DNA of 64,000 nucleotides from an uncultured Candidatus Saccharibacteria bacterium (GTDB lineage: Bacteria > Patescibacteriota > Minisyncoccia > 2-02-FULL-40-12 > GWA2-44-9), in assembly GCA_964444955.1 (NCBI GenBank), contig CAYUJB010000001.1, positions 77,368 through 141,367 of the forward strand. The letters run 5' to 3'. The notes beneath the pieces are model-generated. The model was not told the origin of the DNA and did not search any database. It was given only the letters and a program-made list of their open reading frames with translations. This document shows, in pieces, positions 38,657 to 47,565 of the stretch (its first letter is position 1; the number at the start of each line of letters is the position of its first letter). Position numbers and translations under genes: made by a program.

Positions 38657-38763
38657 GAGGAGACCTCCGACTTAGTTGTAAAAGAGTAGGTATTAACTAT
38701 AACATAACATATAAGGGGCGTCAATAATACTGCCCAGCCTGGAAGAAAGAAGGGTAATGGGCT

Positions 38764-40083
38764 ATGATGGGCGCAATGAATGCAGAACAAAATCGGATGG
38801 AAAAGATCGTGTCGCTCACGAAGCGTCGTGGTTTTGTGTTCCCTGGATCCGAAATCTATGGAGGCCTAGCGAGCACCTTCGACTATGGTCCGATGGGCGT
38901 GGAACTCAAAAACAATCTCAAGCGCCTCTGGTGGAAGTATTTTGTCCAAGACCGAGAAGACATGACGGGCTTGGATGGGGGAATCATCCTGAGCCCCAAA
39001 ATCTGGGAGGCGAGTGGGCATGTCCAGAATTTTAAGGATCCACTCGTCGAGTGCAAAAAATGTCATCACCGTTTTCGTCCTGACAAGCTCGCCGATGCCA
39101 CGAAGTGTCCTGATTGTGGCGGTGAGTTTACGGATGTGAAGATGTTTAGCGGTATGTTTGAGACATCGATCGGGCCCGTCAAAGAAGAAGGGCTGCGGGT
39201 ATACCTCCGTCCTGAAACAGCTCAGGCCATCTTCGCCAACTTCAAGAATGTCTTGGACTCGACCAATAAGAAGCTTCCGTTCGGTATCGGGCAGATCGGA
39301 AAAGCATTTCGCAACGAGATTACAACTGGCAATTTTATTTTCCGAACGCTTGAGTTTGAGCAAGGCGAAATTGAATACTTTATCTCTCCCGAAGCCGACT
39401 GGAGTGCGCTCTTCGAACAGTGGGTGGAGTACATCTATGGCTTTGCAGATATCATAGGATTGCCACGCTCGCAGTTTGTGAACCACGAGATCCCCGACGA
39501 TGAACGGGCATTCTACTCCAAGCGCACCATAGATATCGAGTACCAGTTTCCTTTCGGTCAGGACGAGCTCTGGGCGATTGCCTACCGCACCGACTACGAC
39601 TTGGCGCGGCATCAGGAAGCGTCAGGCAAGAAGCTTGAATATTTCGACGAGGGTGAAAAGAAGCATTATATCCCGCACGTTATCGAGCCGACGTTTGGCA
39701 TTGATCGTACATTTTTGGCTGTCTTGTCGGAGGCGTACGATGATAGCGATCCCGAGCGCGTCGTGTTGCACCTCAAGCCCGAGCTTGCGCCGTACAAGGC
39801 AGCGGTGTTCCCACTTCTCAAAAATAAGCCTGAGCTGGTTGCCAAGGCGCGCGAGGTATTCGGCGCACTCAAGCGCGATCTCACCGTGGCATGGGATGAG
39901 CGCGGCAATATTGGTAAGCGCTATCTTGCTCAAGATGAGATTGGTACCCCTGCGTGCATTACAGTTGATTTTCAAACACTCGAAGACAACACCGTGACGG
40001 TTCGTGACCGCGACACCAAAGAGCAGACGCGTGTTGCGATTGCATCGCTCCGCGAATATCTCCACGAGCGACTCGCTCTATGA
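38764..40083 (+). CDS. glyQS: glycyl-tRNA synthetase (alpha2 dimeric type)
   Basis: 439 aa with class II motifs and an eukaryote/archaeal-like GlyRS N-terminus SEIYGGLASTFDYGP. Confidence 0.95.
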   Translation: MMGAMNAEQNRMEKIVSLTKRRGFVFPGSEIYGGLASTFDYGPMGVELKNNLKRLWWKYFVQDREDMTGLDGGIILSPKIWEASGHVQNFKDPLVECKKCHHRFRPDKLADATKCPDCGGEFTDVKMFSGMFETSIGPVKEEGLRVYLRPETAQAIFANFKNVLDSTNKKLPFGIGQIGKAFRNEITTGNFIFRTLEFEQGEIEYFISPEADWSALFEQWVEYIYGFADIIGLPRSQFVNHEIPDDERAFYSKRTIDIEYQFPFGQDELWAIAYRTDYDLARHQEASGKKLEYFDEGEKKHYIPHVIEPTFGIDRTFLAVLSEAYDDSDPERVVLHLKPELAPYKAAVFPLLKNKPELVAKAREVFGALKRDLTVAWDERGNIGKRYLAQDEIGTPACITVDFQTLEDNTVTVRDRDTKEQTRVAIASLREYLHERLAL

Positions 40084-40538
40084 TTACTATTAATACGCTG
40101 GCCTCATACCTGGCGATGGTGCGCAATAGCGTGAAAGGGGAGACGCATCTCTTCCGTACCGTGATAGCCGATGTGGATGGAGAGCAGAAGGATATTCTTC
40201 GCGATGGCGCCCTCTCGTGTGGTTTTTTTGTATCTTCAATTCTGTATCTCAACAAGCTCATCGGTGACATGCACACAGGTGTGGCGGGGCTTGAGCGTGA
40301 TATGGCAGCGTCCGGGTGGGTGCAAATTCCCGAGCTACGTGAGGGCGCGGTGGTGGTCTGGGAGCCGCGCGAGGGGGCTAGTGGCGCCCCGCATCTCCAC
40401 GCTGGCTTTGCCATCGGCAATAATCGAGCGATTTCAAATGGCTCCAATAGCACTCATATGCCAGAGGAGCATCACATCACGTATGACGATACGCGTACTG
40501 TAGATCGAATCTGGTGGAGTCCGAAATTAGGCGAGTAG
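40080..40538 (+). CDS. hypothetical protein (possible Cys/His papain-like hydrolase)
   Basis: Cys in SCGFF and His in PHLHAGFAIGNN. The start overlaps the glyQS stop. The 3' end is duplicated downstream at 41215-41326. Confidence 0.5.
   Translation: MITINTLASYLAMVRNSVKGETHLFRTVIADVDGEQKDILRDGALSCGFFVSSILYLNKLIGDMHTGVAGLERDMAASGWVQIPELREGAVVVWEPREGASGAPHLHAGFAIGNNRAISNGSNSTHMPEEHHITYDDTRTVDRIWWSPKLGE
40437..40538 (+). repeat. direct repeat DR1 (about 100 bp) flanking the GT2 cassette
   Basis: gagcgatttcaaatggctccaatagcactcatat...gtagatcgaatctggtggagtccgaa; about 96% identical to 41215-41326. Confidence 0.85.
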
Positions 40539-40556
40539 AGTATAAAAATAGAGTAA

Positions 40557-41180
40557 CTATTGTTTCAATATTTGAACCAAGATGCTCGCCCCTTGCTTGG
40601 CATATTCCCACACAGCTTTAGGAAGTGGATACTTATGGAATTTCTGAGGATGTTTATAATCAGTTAGCAATATAAATCGTCCGTTCTTGTGAGATAATTT
40701 ATTATTAAGGAATACTTCGAGACCATATCGAGTGGTCCGTTTCATTTGTTCAACTAAAGGTGACAGGTCTTTACTCCAGTACGCCCGAATTCCACTGGAA
40801 AACTTAGTAATTCTATCGTCAGTTAACTTCAGAGTGTAGTCACACTCATTATCTACGATGGGCCTCACAAGAAGTCCTAAGTCATTTTCAGTGTAATTAC
40901 TGATATCAGCATCCAAAAGAACGACAAGTTTACCTCGTGCAATCTCTAACCCTCGAGCAACACTAAATCCCTTGCCCCTATTTGCATCATTACAAATAAC
41001 TTTTACTCTATTGGCCATCGCGGAATTCAGCAGAAGCTTCAGGGTTTGATCTGTCGATCCGTCGTCAATAACGATTATTTCACTTAAAAAATCAATCTGC
41101 GATAAATCTTGAATAACACGTAAGATATTATTCGCCTCATTATAGGCAGGCACTATAGCTGATATGGCGATATCTTTCAT
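40557..41180 (-). CDS. family 2 glycosyltransferase (DPM1-like)
   Basis: SAIVPAYNEANNI...VIDDGSTDQT GT-A motifs. Confidence 0.85.
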   Translation of the reverse strand: MKDIAISAIVPAYNEANNILRVIQDLSQIDFLSEIIVIDDGSTDQTLKLLLNSAMANRVKVICNDANRGKGFSVARGLEIARGKLVVLLDADISNYTENDLGLLVRPIVDNECDYTLKLTDDRITKFSSGIRAYWSKDLSPLVEQMKRTTRYGLEVFLNNKLSHKNGRFILLTDYKHPQKFHKYPLPKAVWEYAKQGASILVQILKQ

Positions 41181-41214
41181 AATTGATATTAAAGCAGAAC
41201 TCTAGACGCTTGAC

Positions 41215-41326
41215 GAGCGATTTCAAATGGCTCCAATAGCACTCATATACCAGAGGAGCATCACATCACGTATGACGATACGCGTAGCGTAGATCGAATC
41301 TGGTGGAGTCCGAAGTTAGGAGAGTA
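41215..41326 (+). repeat. direct repeat DR2 (copy of the 3' end of ORF 40080..40538)
   Basis: See DR1; followed by a hairpin at 41332-41354. Confidence 0.85.
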
Positions 41327-41331
41327 ATCAT

Positions 41332-41360
41332 AATGCCACCGCAAGGGTGGCATTATTTCT
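41332..41360. terminator. hairpin aatgccacc-gcaa-gggtggcatt plus T-rich tail, between DR2 and tRNA-Asp
   Basis: Perfect 9-10 bp stem then atttct. It sits right after the 3' end of tRNA-Asp (minus-strand sense). Confidence 0.5.
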
Positions 41361-41361
41361 G

Positions 41362-41435
41362 CGCGGGCGGCCGGATTCGAACCGGTGACCTTCCCCGTGA
41401 CAGGGGGACGCTCTAACCAGCTGAGCTACGCCCGC
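41362..41435 (-). tRNA. tRNA-Asp(GUC)
   Basis: Acceptor gcgggcg/cgcccgc, anticodon loop ctGTCac, discriminator G. Confidence 0.8.
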
Positions 41436-41605
41436 AAGCGAGGGTACAGCGTACGCCCGCAATGCAGGTCATACTATAGTCCATTTCAGAGTAAAAGAAA
41501 AGAGCTTGCTACGGTTGTCTTGGCCGCTCCGGCACCCGCATCGGTCTCGCACACGGATGATGCCTTCGCCGATATCGGGTGCCTGCGCTGACAGCGACGC
41601 GTTTT

Positions 41606-41636
41606 GAACGGCTAAAACCTCCATGCTAGCCGTTGG
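41606..41636. repeat. hairpin module gaacggctaaaac...tagccgttgg (copy 3, with the flanking gcgctgaca...cgttttg)
   Basis: Shares cgttttgaacggctaaRac and ttagccgttgg with 27941-27977 and 20575-20603. Confidence 0.65.
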
Positions 41637-42042
41637 CAGAGCGATGCGGTCTCTGTTTTGCTATACTAGTGCTATGCGTATTCGTCCTGTTTTTGTAACC
41701 GTTACGAGTGCTGTGATTTCATGTGCCGCCATTGCGGTTGTTGTGCTTACTGCGAGTCCGCAAGAGACTGGATCTAGGATTATTGTGCTGTTATGGCTTG
41801 CGATATTCTTGGGCGCATGGTCGGTTGTGTCGACACTGCTCTTGATGTTGCGCCAATCGATGGCGCAGGCGATATTGGTGGGGATTTGGCCAGCGCTTTC
41901 GGTTGTATGGCTTCTCCTGCTACTCCAGAGAGGATTGATGTCTCAACGATTGCTGATAGCTGTTATTTTGACCACGGGAGTGCTATCGTTTGTTATCTGG
42001 TGGAAGATTCGACGGGCGCAAAGGCAATATGAACACCATTAA
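41623..42042 (+). CDS. hypothetical integral membrane protein
   Basis: Four predicted TM helices; the start may be the internal MRIRPVF. Confidence 0.45.
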   Translation: MLAVGRAMRSLFCYTSAMRIRPVFVTVTSAVISCAAIAVVVLTASPQETGSRIIVLLWLAIFLGAWSVVSTLLLMLRQSMAQAILVGIWPALSVVWLLLLLQRGLMSQRLLIAVILTTGVLSFVIWWKIRRAQRQYEHH

Positions 42043-42048
42043 ACAATA

Positions 42049-43185
42049 ATGAAAATCACCATCGAAACGCCGGAAGAGTTATCAGTCCGAAAGAAGTTAA
42101 GCGAGAAGAAAGACGCGGTGAGCGAACGACTGAAGCGCTTTTTGGCTTTACCCGATTTATCGAGGACTCCCGGGAGCCCTATTTACGAGCTCGCGGAGCG
42201 CATCATTTCTATTCCCAGTTTTAAAGACTTTGATGTTGTGACCGTTCCGGAAATCGTGCCTGCCGATAAGAGTTTTGATTTGTTCGATTTTGCTCCGAAC
42301 CATCCTGCGCGCAGTCCATCTGATACCTACTACGTCGAAGACAATGCAATCTTGCGAACGCACACGACGATTTCTTGGTACTACTACCTGACATCGGAGC
42401 GGGCGAAAGAAAAGATTTCGAAGCGCGAGTCGCTCGGTGTCTTTACGTATGGCAAGGTGTATCGTAAAGATGAGATTGATCGGAATCACATGAACGTCTT
42501 TCATCAGATGGACGGCTATTTTCTGATACCGAAAGAGGAGGGTAGTATTGGCATCGAGGACCTGAAGAATGTTCTTATCAAGATCGCGCAGGCAGTATTT
42601 GGAGTGGACGTGAAATACCGATTTAATCCGGATAACTTCCCATACACTGACCCCAGTCTTGAAATGGAAGTAGAAAAAGGTGAGCGATGGGTAGAGGTTC
42701 TGGGCAGTGGAGTTGTGAAGGGGAGCGTATTGGAGAAGCTCGGCATCGACTCCGCGCTCTACACGGGGTGGGCGTTTGGGTTCGGTCTTGAACGTCTGGC
42801 AATCTTAAGCATGGACTTACCGGATATCCGATTGCTTTGGTCTCACGATCCGAGGGTACTCAAGCAGCTAAAGCTTGGCGCTATCTATAAGGAGGTCAGT
42901 AAGTTTCCACAAATCACGCGAGATATTTCGTTCATCGTGCCGAAAAATTTTGCGCCGAATAACTACTTCGATCTTATTCGCGATCTTGGCGGTCAATTGG
43001 TAGAGGAAGTGACACTGCTAGACCATTACGACAACGACGAGAAGTTCGGAGCTGGCAACACCAGCTACACTTACCGCATTGTGTATCGCTCTAATGAGCG
43101 TACGCTCGCCACTGCAGAGATTGACCCAATTCAGGCAAAGATTAGCCAGGAAACAACCGCACAGTTTAACGCTCAAATCAGGTAG
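42049..43185 (+). CDS. pheS: phenylalanyl-tRNA synthetase, single-chain PheS-like catalytic domain fused to C-terminal FDX-ACB anticodon-binding domain
   Basis: Class II motif 3 GWAFGFGLERLAIL ends at about aa 280. The next 95 aa (SKFPQITRDISFIVP...YTYRIVYRSNERTL) match the FDX-ACB domain normally found at the C-terminus of PheT. Confidence 0.85.
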   Translation: MKITIETPEELSVRKKLSEKKDAVSERLKRFLALPDLSRTPGSPIYELAERIISIPSFKDFDVVTVPEIVPADKSFDLFDFAPNHPARSPSDTYYVEDNAILRTHTTISWYYYLTSERAKEKISKRESLGVFTYGKVYRKDEIDRNHMNVFHQMDGYFLIPKEEGSIGIEDLKNVLIKIAQAVFGVDVKYRFNPDNFPYTDPSLEMEVEKGERWVEVLGSGVVKGSVLEKLGIDSALYTGWAFGFGLERLAILSMDLPDIRLLWSHDPRVLKQLKLGAIYKEVSKFPQITRDISFIVPKNFAPNNYFDLIRDLGGQLVEEVTLLDHYDNDEKFGAGNTSYTYRIVYRSNERTLATAEIDPIQAKISQETTAQFNAQIR

Positions 43186-43327
43186 CAAACGACTCATGTT
43201 GAGAGCTGTTTAAATTGCTATATTTGGCCGTTATTTGCTTGTTTTTGGCTGTTGCATTTGTCCGCTGAAAGTGTACAATTATAGAGCTTATTCTTGCCTT
43301 CTTCCGCGAGGGCCTACGATTCGAATT

Positions 43328-45445
43328 ATGGCATCTACCAAGGAACCAAAAAATACATCCTATACCGCGGCGGATATTTTCGTTTTAGAGGGGCTCGAGC
43401 CGGTCCGCAAACGACCGGGTATGTACATTGGTGGCACGGGAATCGATGGTTTGCATCACCTTATTTGGGAAATTTTTGATAACTCACTCGATGAGGCGAT
43501 GGGTGGTCATGCCAACCACATCATCGTGACACTTCTTCCGGACGATATGGTATCGGTGGACGACAATGGTCGTGGTATTCCTGTCGAAAAACACAAAGCA
43601 ACTGGAGTGTCGGCCCTCGAGACTATCATGACCACGCTTCATGCTGGTGGAAAATTTGGTGGCGACGCCTACAAGGTATCAGGAGGATTGCACGGTGTGG
43701 GCGCTTCGGTAGTCAACGCGCTCTCTACCTATGTGAAGGCCGAAGTGCATCGCGACGGAGGCGTGTACGTACAGGAATACGCGCAGGGTAAGGCAAAGAA
43801 GCCAATAAAGCGCGTCGGAGATTCCAAGAGACACGGTACAATTATCACGTTTCAGCCTGATCCTGAAATTTTCAAAGAGCGTGGCTACAAGTGGGAGACC
43901 ATCTTGGCGCACCTTCGCCAGCAGGCATACCTCACCGCAGGCATCACGATTGATGTCATTGATGCGCGCGTTGGAGTGAAGCCGCCCGGCGCCAAAGAGC
44001 CACAGTACCCCGGGTACACATTCCATTTCGAGGGCGGACTCGTCTCCTATGTGAGCTTCCTCAATCACGGCATTGAGCCCAAGCACAAGGCGATTTTCTA
44101 TGCGCATAAGGAACAGCAGGGGATCGATGTCGAGATTGCGTTCCAATACGTTGATGATCTCTCGCCAAAAGAAATAAGCTTTGCCAACAACATCCACACC
44201 GTCGAAGGCGGCACGCACATCACAGGATTTAAAACATCGATTACGCGCTCGCTCAACGACTATGCGCGCAAGAATGGCTACCTCAAAGAAAAGGACGATA
44301 ATCTCACCGGCGATGATGTTCGCGAGGGATTAGTCGCTATTTTGGCAGTCAAACTTCGCGAGCCGCAGTTTGAAGGGCAGACCAAGGCTAAGCTGGGTAC
44401 CCCTGAGGCGCGCGCGGCCGTGGAAACCGTGATGAATGCCGAGCTGGCTGACTGGCTGGATCGGAACCCAACCGACGCCAGGGCCATCATGGATACCGTG
44501 ATTTTGGCCGCCAAAGCGCGCGTAGCCGCCAAAGCCGCTCGCGATACGGTGCTGCGCAAGGGTGCGATGGACGGCTTCTCACTTCCTGGCAAGCTTGCGG
44601 ATTGCTCGAGTCGCTCGGCAGAAGAGACGGAGCTGTTTATTGTCGAGGGAGATTCGGCAGGCGGTACCGCCAAGCAAGGACGTGATCGTAATTTTCAAGC
44701 GATTCTTCCACTCCGCGGTAAGATTCTCAATGTGGAGCGCGCTCGCATCGACAAGATGCTTGGCTCAGATTCGGTTCGCTCGCTCATTATTGCGCTGGGC
44801 ACTGCTATTGCCGAAGAGTTTGATATTGCAAAGCTTCGCTACCACAAGATTGTCATCATGACTGATGCCGATGTTGATGGCGCCCACATCCGCACGCTGC
44901 TCCTCACGCTCTTCTATCGTCATTTCCCGCAGCTTATCGAAGCAGGGCACATCTACATCGCGCAGCCGCCGCTCTACCGCATCGCCAAGGGAAGCAACGT
45001 CCAATACGTCTATAGCGACGAAGAAAAAAACAAGATTGTCGATCAGTATGCCAAGATGGCCGGTATGGGGACTACTGAGAAAAAACCAGCAAAGGCCGCT
45101 GCCTCAAAAAAGGGCTTCGCGGATTTTGAAGCGGAAGCCGTTGATGGTGTTGAGGAAACGATGCAGCAACCTTCGGAGTCGGAATCTGAACCCGATGAAG
45201 CCGGAGAGGGTGTGGTTAAGATCGCCGGCCTCACTATTCAACGCTACAAAGGTCTTGGAGAGATGAATGCCGAACAGCTCTGGGATACGACAATGAACCC
45301 TGCCAATCGCATTCTCCTCAAGGTCAGCAACGAGGATGCTCAGGAAACTGATCGCGTCTTTGATGTGCTCATGGGCGCAGACGTGGCACCGCGCAAGAAG
45401 TTTATCCAGACGCACGCCCGTTCGGTTGAGAATATTGATATTTAG
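43328..45445 (+). CDS. gyrB: DNA gyrase subunit B (type IIA topoisomerase B subunit)
   Basis: GHKL ATPase N-terminus and the Toprim motifs EGDSAGG and PLRGKILNVE. Confidence 0.9.
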   Translation: MASTKEPKNTSYTAADIFVLEGLEPVRKRPGMYIGGTGIDGLHHLIWEIFDNSLDEAMGGHANHIIVTLLPDDMVSVDDNGRGIPVEKHKATGVSALETIMTTLHAGGKFGGDAYKVSGGLHGVGASVVNALSTYVKAEVHRDGGVYVQEYAQGKAKKPIKRVGDSKRHGTIITFQPDPEIFKERGYKWETILAHLRQQAYLTAGITIDVIDARVGVKPPGAKEPQYPGYTFHFEGGLVSYVSFLNHGIEPKHKAIFYAHKEQQGIDVEIAFQYVDDLSPKEISFANNIHTVEGGTHITGFKTSITRSLNDYARKNGYLKEKDDNLTGDDVREGLVAILAVKLREPQFEGQTKAKLGTPEARAAVETVMNAELADWLDRNPTDARAIMDTVILAAKARVAAKAARDTVLRKGAMDGFSLPGKLADCSSRSAEETELFIVEGDSAGGTAKQGRDRNFQAILPLRGKILNVERARIDKMLGSDSVRSLIIALGTAIAEEFDIAKLRYHKIVIMTDADVDGAHIRTLLLTLFYRHFPQLIEAGHIYIAQPPLYRIAKGSNVQYVYSDEEKNKIVDQYAKMAGMGTTEKKPAKAAASKKGFADFEAEAVDGVEETMQQPSESESEPDEAGEGVVKIAGLTIQRYKGLGEMNAEQLWDTTMNPANRILLKVSNEDAQETDRVFDVLMGADVAPRKKFIQTHARSVENIDI

Positions 45446-45595
45446 AGGCCTGTTTGACATAGATTAGTCGTTCTGGTAGTCTGTGGGAAACGCCTTCGGG
45501 CGATTTTTAGAACGACTTTTTAAAAGAAAAAGTCGTTCTAGGCAGATTTGACGTCGTTAGGCTGAGTCAAATCTGACATACCTTCAGTACTCGTT

Positions 45596-45778
45596 ATGAA
45601 CACTATTGCAACATTCCTTCGAGAAGTACGCGTCGAGCTCAGCAAGGTGAGCTGGCCGTCTCGTCAGCAACTTATCGCCTACACGGGCGTCGTGTTGGGG
45701 TTGAGCCTTTTTGTCGCGATCTATCTTGGTGGCTTGGACACTTTGTTTGCCTGGATCATCACTCGTCTTATCGGGTAA
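45596..45778 (+). CDS. secE: preprotein translocase subunit SecE
   Basis: 60 aa with a single C-terminal TM; position before nusG. Confidence 0.85.
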   Translation: MNTIATFLREVRVELSKVSWPSRQQLIAYTGVVLGLSLFVAIYLGGLDTLFAWIITRLIG

Positions 45779-45791
45779 TTTATACGCACCT

Positions 45792-46337
45792 ATGTCGAAA
45801 CAAGTAACCACAGGACAGCGCGAGTGGTATGCCATTCACACCTACTCAGGATATGAGGACAGTGTTGCTCGCAACCTTCTCCAGCGCATCGAGTCCCTCG
45901 GTTTTGAGGACAAGATTTTTTCGGTGTTGGTTCCCAAAGAAAAAAAGATCCGCGTCAAAGGTGGCAAGCGCGAGGTGGTGGAAGATAAGATCTACCCTGG
46001 CTATGTACTCGTCGAGATGGTGGTCTCCGATGACTCTTGGTACGTGGTGCGCAACACGCCAAGTGTGACGGGATTTATCGGTGCCGGCACCACCCCAACC
46101 CCGCTGGCGCGAGCAGAAATCGATGGCTTGCTTGCGCGCATGGGCGTCGAAGAGCCCAAGTATAAGGTGGATATCGCCGTGGGCGAGCGCGTGAAGATCT
46201 CCGACGGTCCGTTCAAGGATTTCGATGGCAAGGTATCCGAGGTAGATGCCGAAAAGGGTCGCGTGAAGGTGTTGGTGACCATCTTTGGTCGCGAGACGCC
46301 CGTGGAGCTCGATTTCTTGCAGATGAAGAAACTCTAA
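45792..46337 (+). CDS. nusG: transcription termination/antitermination factor NusG
   Basis: NGN domain WYAIHTYSGYE and C-terminal KOW domain GERVKISDGPFKDFDGKV. Confidence 0.9.
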   Translation: MSKQVTTGQREWYAIHTYSGYEDSVARNLLQRIESLGFEDKIFSVLVPKEKKIRVKGGKREVVEDKIYPGYVLVEMVVSDDSWYVVRNTPSVTGFIGAGTTPTPLARAEIDGLLARMGVEEPKYKVDIAVGERVKISDGPFKDFDGKVSEVDAEKGRVKVLVTIFGRETPVELDFLQMKKL

Positions 46338-46384
46338 GAATTATCACTTATAACTTATAACTTACAACTTATAATTTCCAAACT

Positions 46385-46807
46385 ATGGCAAAGAAAGTAA
46401 AAACAATTGTAAAACTGCAGGTCGAAGGAGGCCGCGCCACACCAGCGCCACCAGTCGGTACTGCACTCGGACCTCACGGCATCAACCTTCAGCAGTTTGT
46501 GTTGCAGTTCAACGAAGCAACCAAGGATAAGGTTGGCCAGGTGACACCTGTCGAGATTACGATTTTTGAAGACCGCACCTTTGAGTTCGAGCTCAAGACA
46601 CCTCCCGCAGCGTATCTCCTCCGTGTGGCAGCAGGTCTGGAGAAGGGAAGTGGCGAGCCCAACAAGAAAAAGGTCGGCTCCATCACTCGTGCGCAGCTCA
46701 AGGCCATCGCTGAGCAGAAGATGCAGGATCTCAACGCCAACGACGTCGAAGCCGCGATGGAAATCATTGCCGGTACCGCCCGCTCGATGGGCATCGAGGT
46801 GAAGTAA
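46385..46807 (+). CDS. rplK: 50S ribosomal protein L11
   Basis: [34 protein letters not shown]. Confidence 0.95.
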   Translation: MAKKVKTIVKLQVEGGRATPAPPVGTALGPHGINLQQFVLQFNEATKDKVGQVTPVEITIFEDRTFEFELKTPPAAYLLRVAAGLEKGSGEPNKKKVGSITRAQLKAIAEQKMQDLNANDVEAAMEIIAGTARSMGIEVK

Positions 46808-46821
46808 GACCACTCTCACCG

Positions 46822-46858
46822 CAAACAAACACCGCTCTTGTAGAGCGGTGTTTGTTTG
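46822..46858 (+). terminator. hairpin terminator after rplK
   Basis: caaacaaacaccgctc-ttgtag-agcggtgtttgtttg. Confidence 0.55.
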
Positions 46859-46911
46859 CTACACTGCAGTACTGTTCTTTAAGGAGGTGATAGAACCTGG
46901 AGCATAAAGGG

Positions 46912-47538
46912 TTGTTTGTAACATTCGAAGGTGGCGAAGCAGTCGGCAAGAGTTCCACTCTTGAGATTGTTACTGCAAAGCTTGAGAATGCGGGATTGAA
47001 TGTTCTGCGCACGAAAGAACCCGGTGGAACGCCGCTTGGTGTCGTATTACGAACGGTGCTTCTCGATGAGAAGACCGACCTCTCTTCTGAGACCGAGTTT
47101 CTTCTCTTCCAGACCGATCGAGCCCATCACGTCCGCAGTATTGTGGCACCGGCTCTCGAGCGTGGCCAGATTATCCTCTGTGACCGGTATATTCTTTCGA
47201 GCATCGCATACCAGATTGTAGCCCGTGGTCTGCCCAAGGATGTCGCATTGCAGATTATTAACTTTGCAACTGGTGGCCTAATCCCTGACCTGACCGTCCT
47301 TCTGACCGTAGATCTTGATGTCGGTTTTGAGCGGATGCGATCGCGTGGCAAAGAAAATCGTATTGATCGCGAGACTCGAGCGTTCCACGAAAAAGTTCAT
47401 GGAGCGTATAAGGACTTGTATGGAGGCGCGTTCGCGAAAGAATGGATTCGCATCGATACAACTCCTCGGGAGATGACGCCCGAAGTGGTCGCACAGCAAG
47501 TTGTTAGTGCCATTCTGGCGACCCGGTCCCGTATGTAA
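46912..47538 (+). CDS. tmk: thymidylate kinase
   Basis: P-loop FEGGEAVGKSS and DRY-like motif. Confidence 0.9.
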   Translation: MFVTFEGGEAVGKSSTLEIVTAKLENAGLNVLRTKEPGGTPLGVVLRTVLLDEKTDLSSETEFLLFQTDRAHHVRSIVAPALERGQIILCDRYILSSIAYQIVARGLPKDVALQIINFATGGLIPDLTVLLTVDLDVGFERMRSRGKENRIDRETRAFHEKVHGAYKDLYGGAFAKEWIRIDTTPREMTPEVVAQQVVSAILATRSRM

Positions 47539-47565
47539 GTACGGGGCTTTTTTTACTCGATAATC

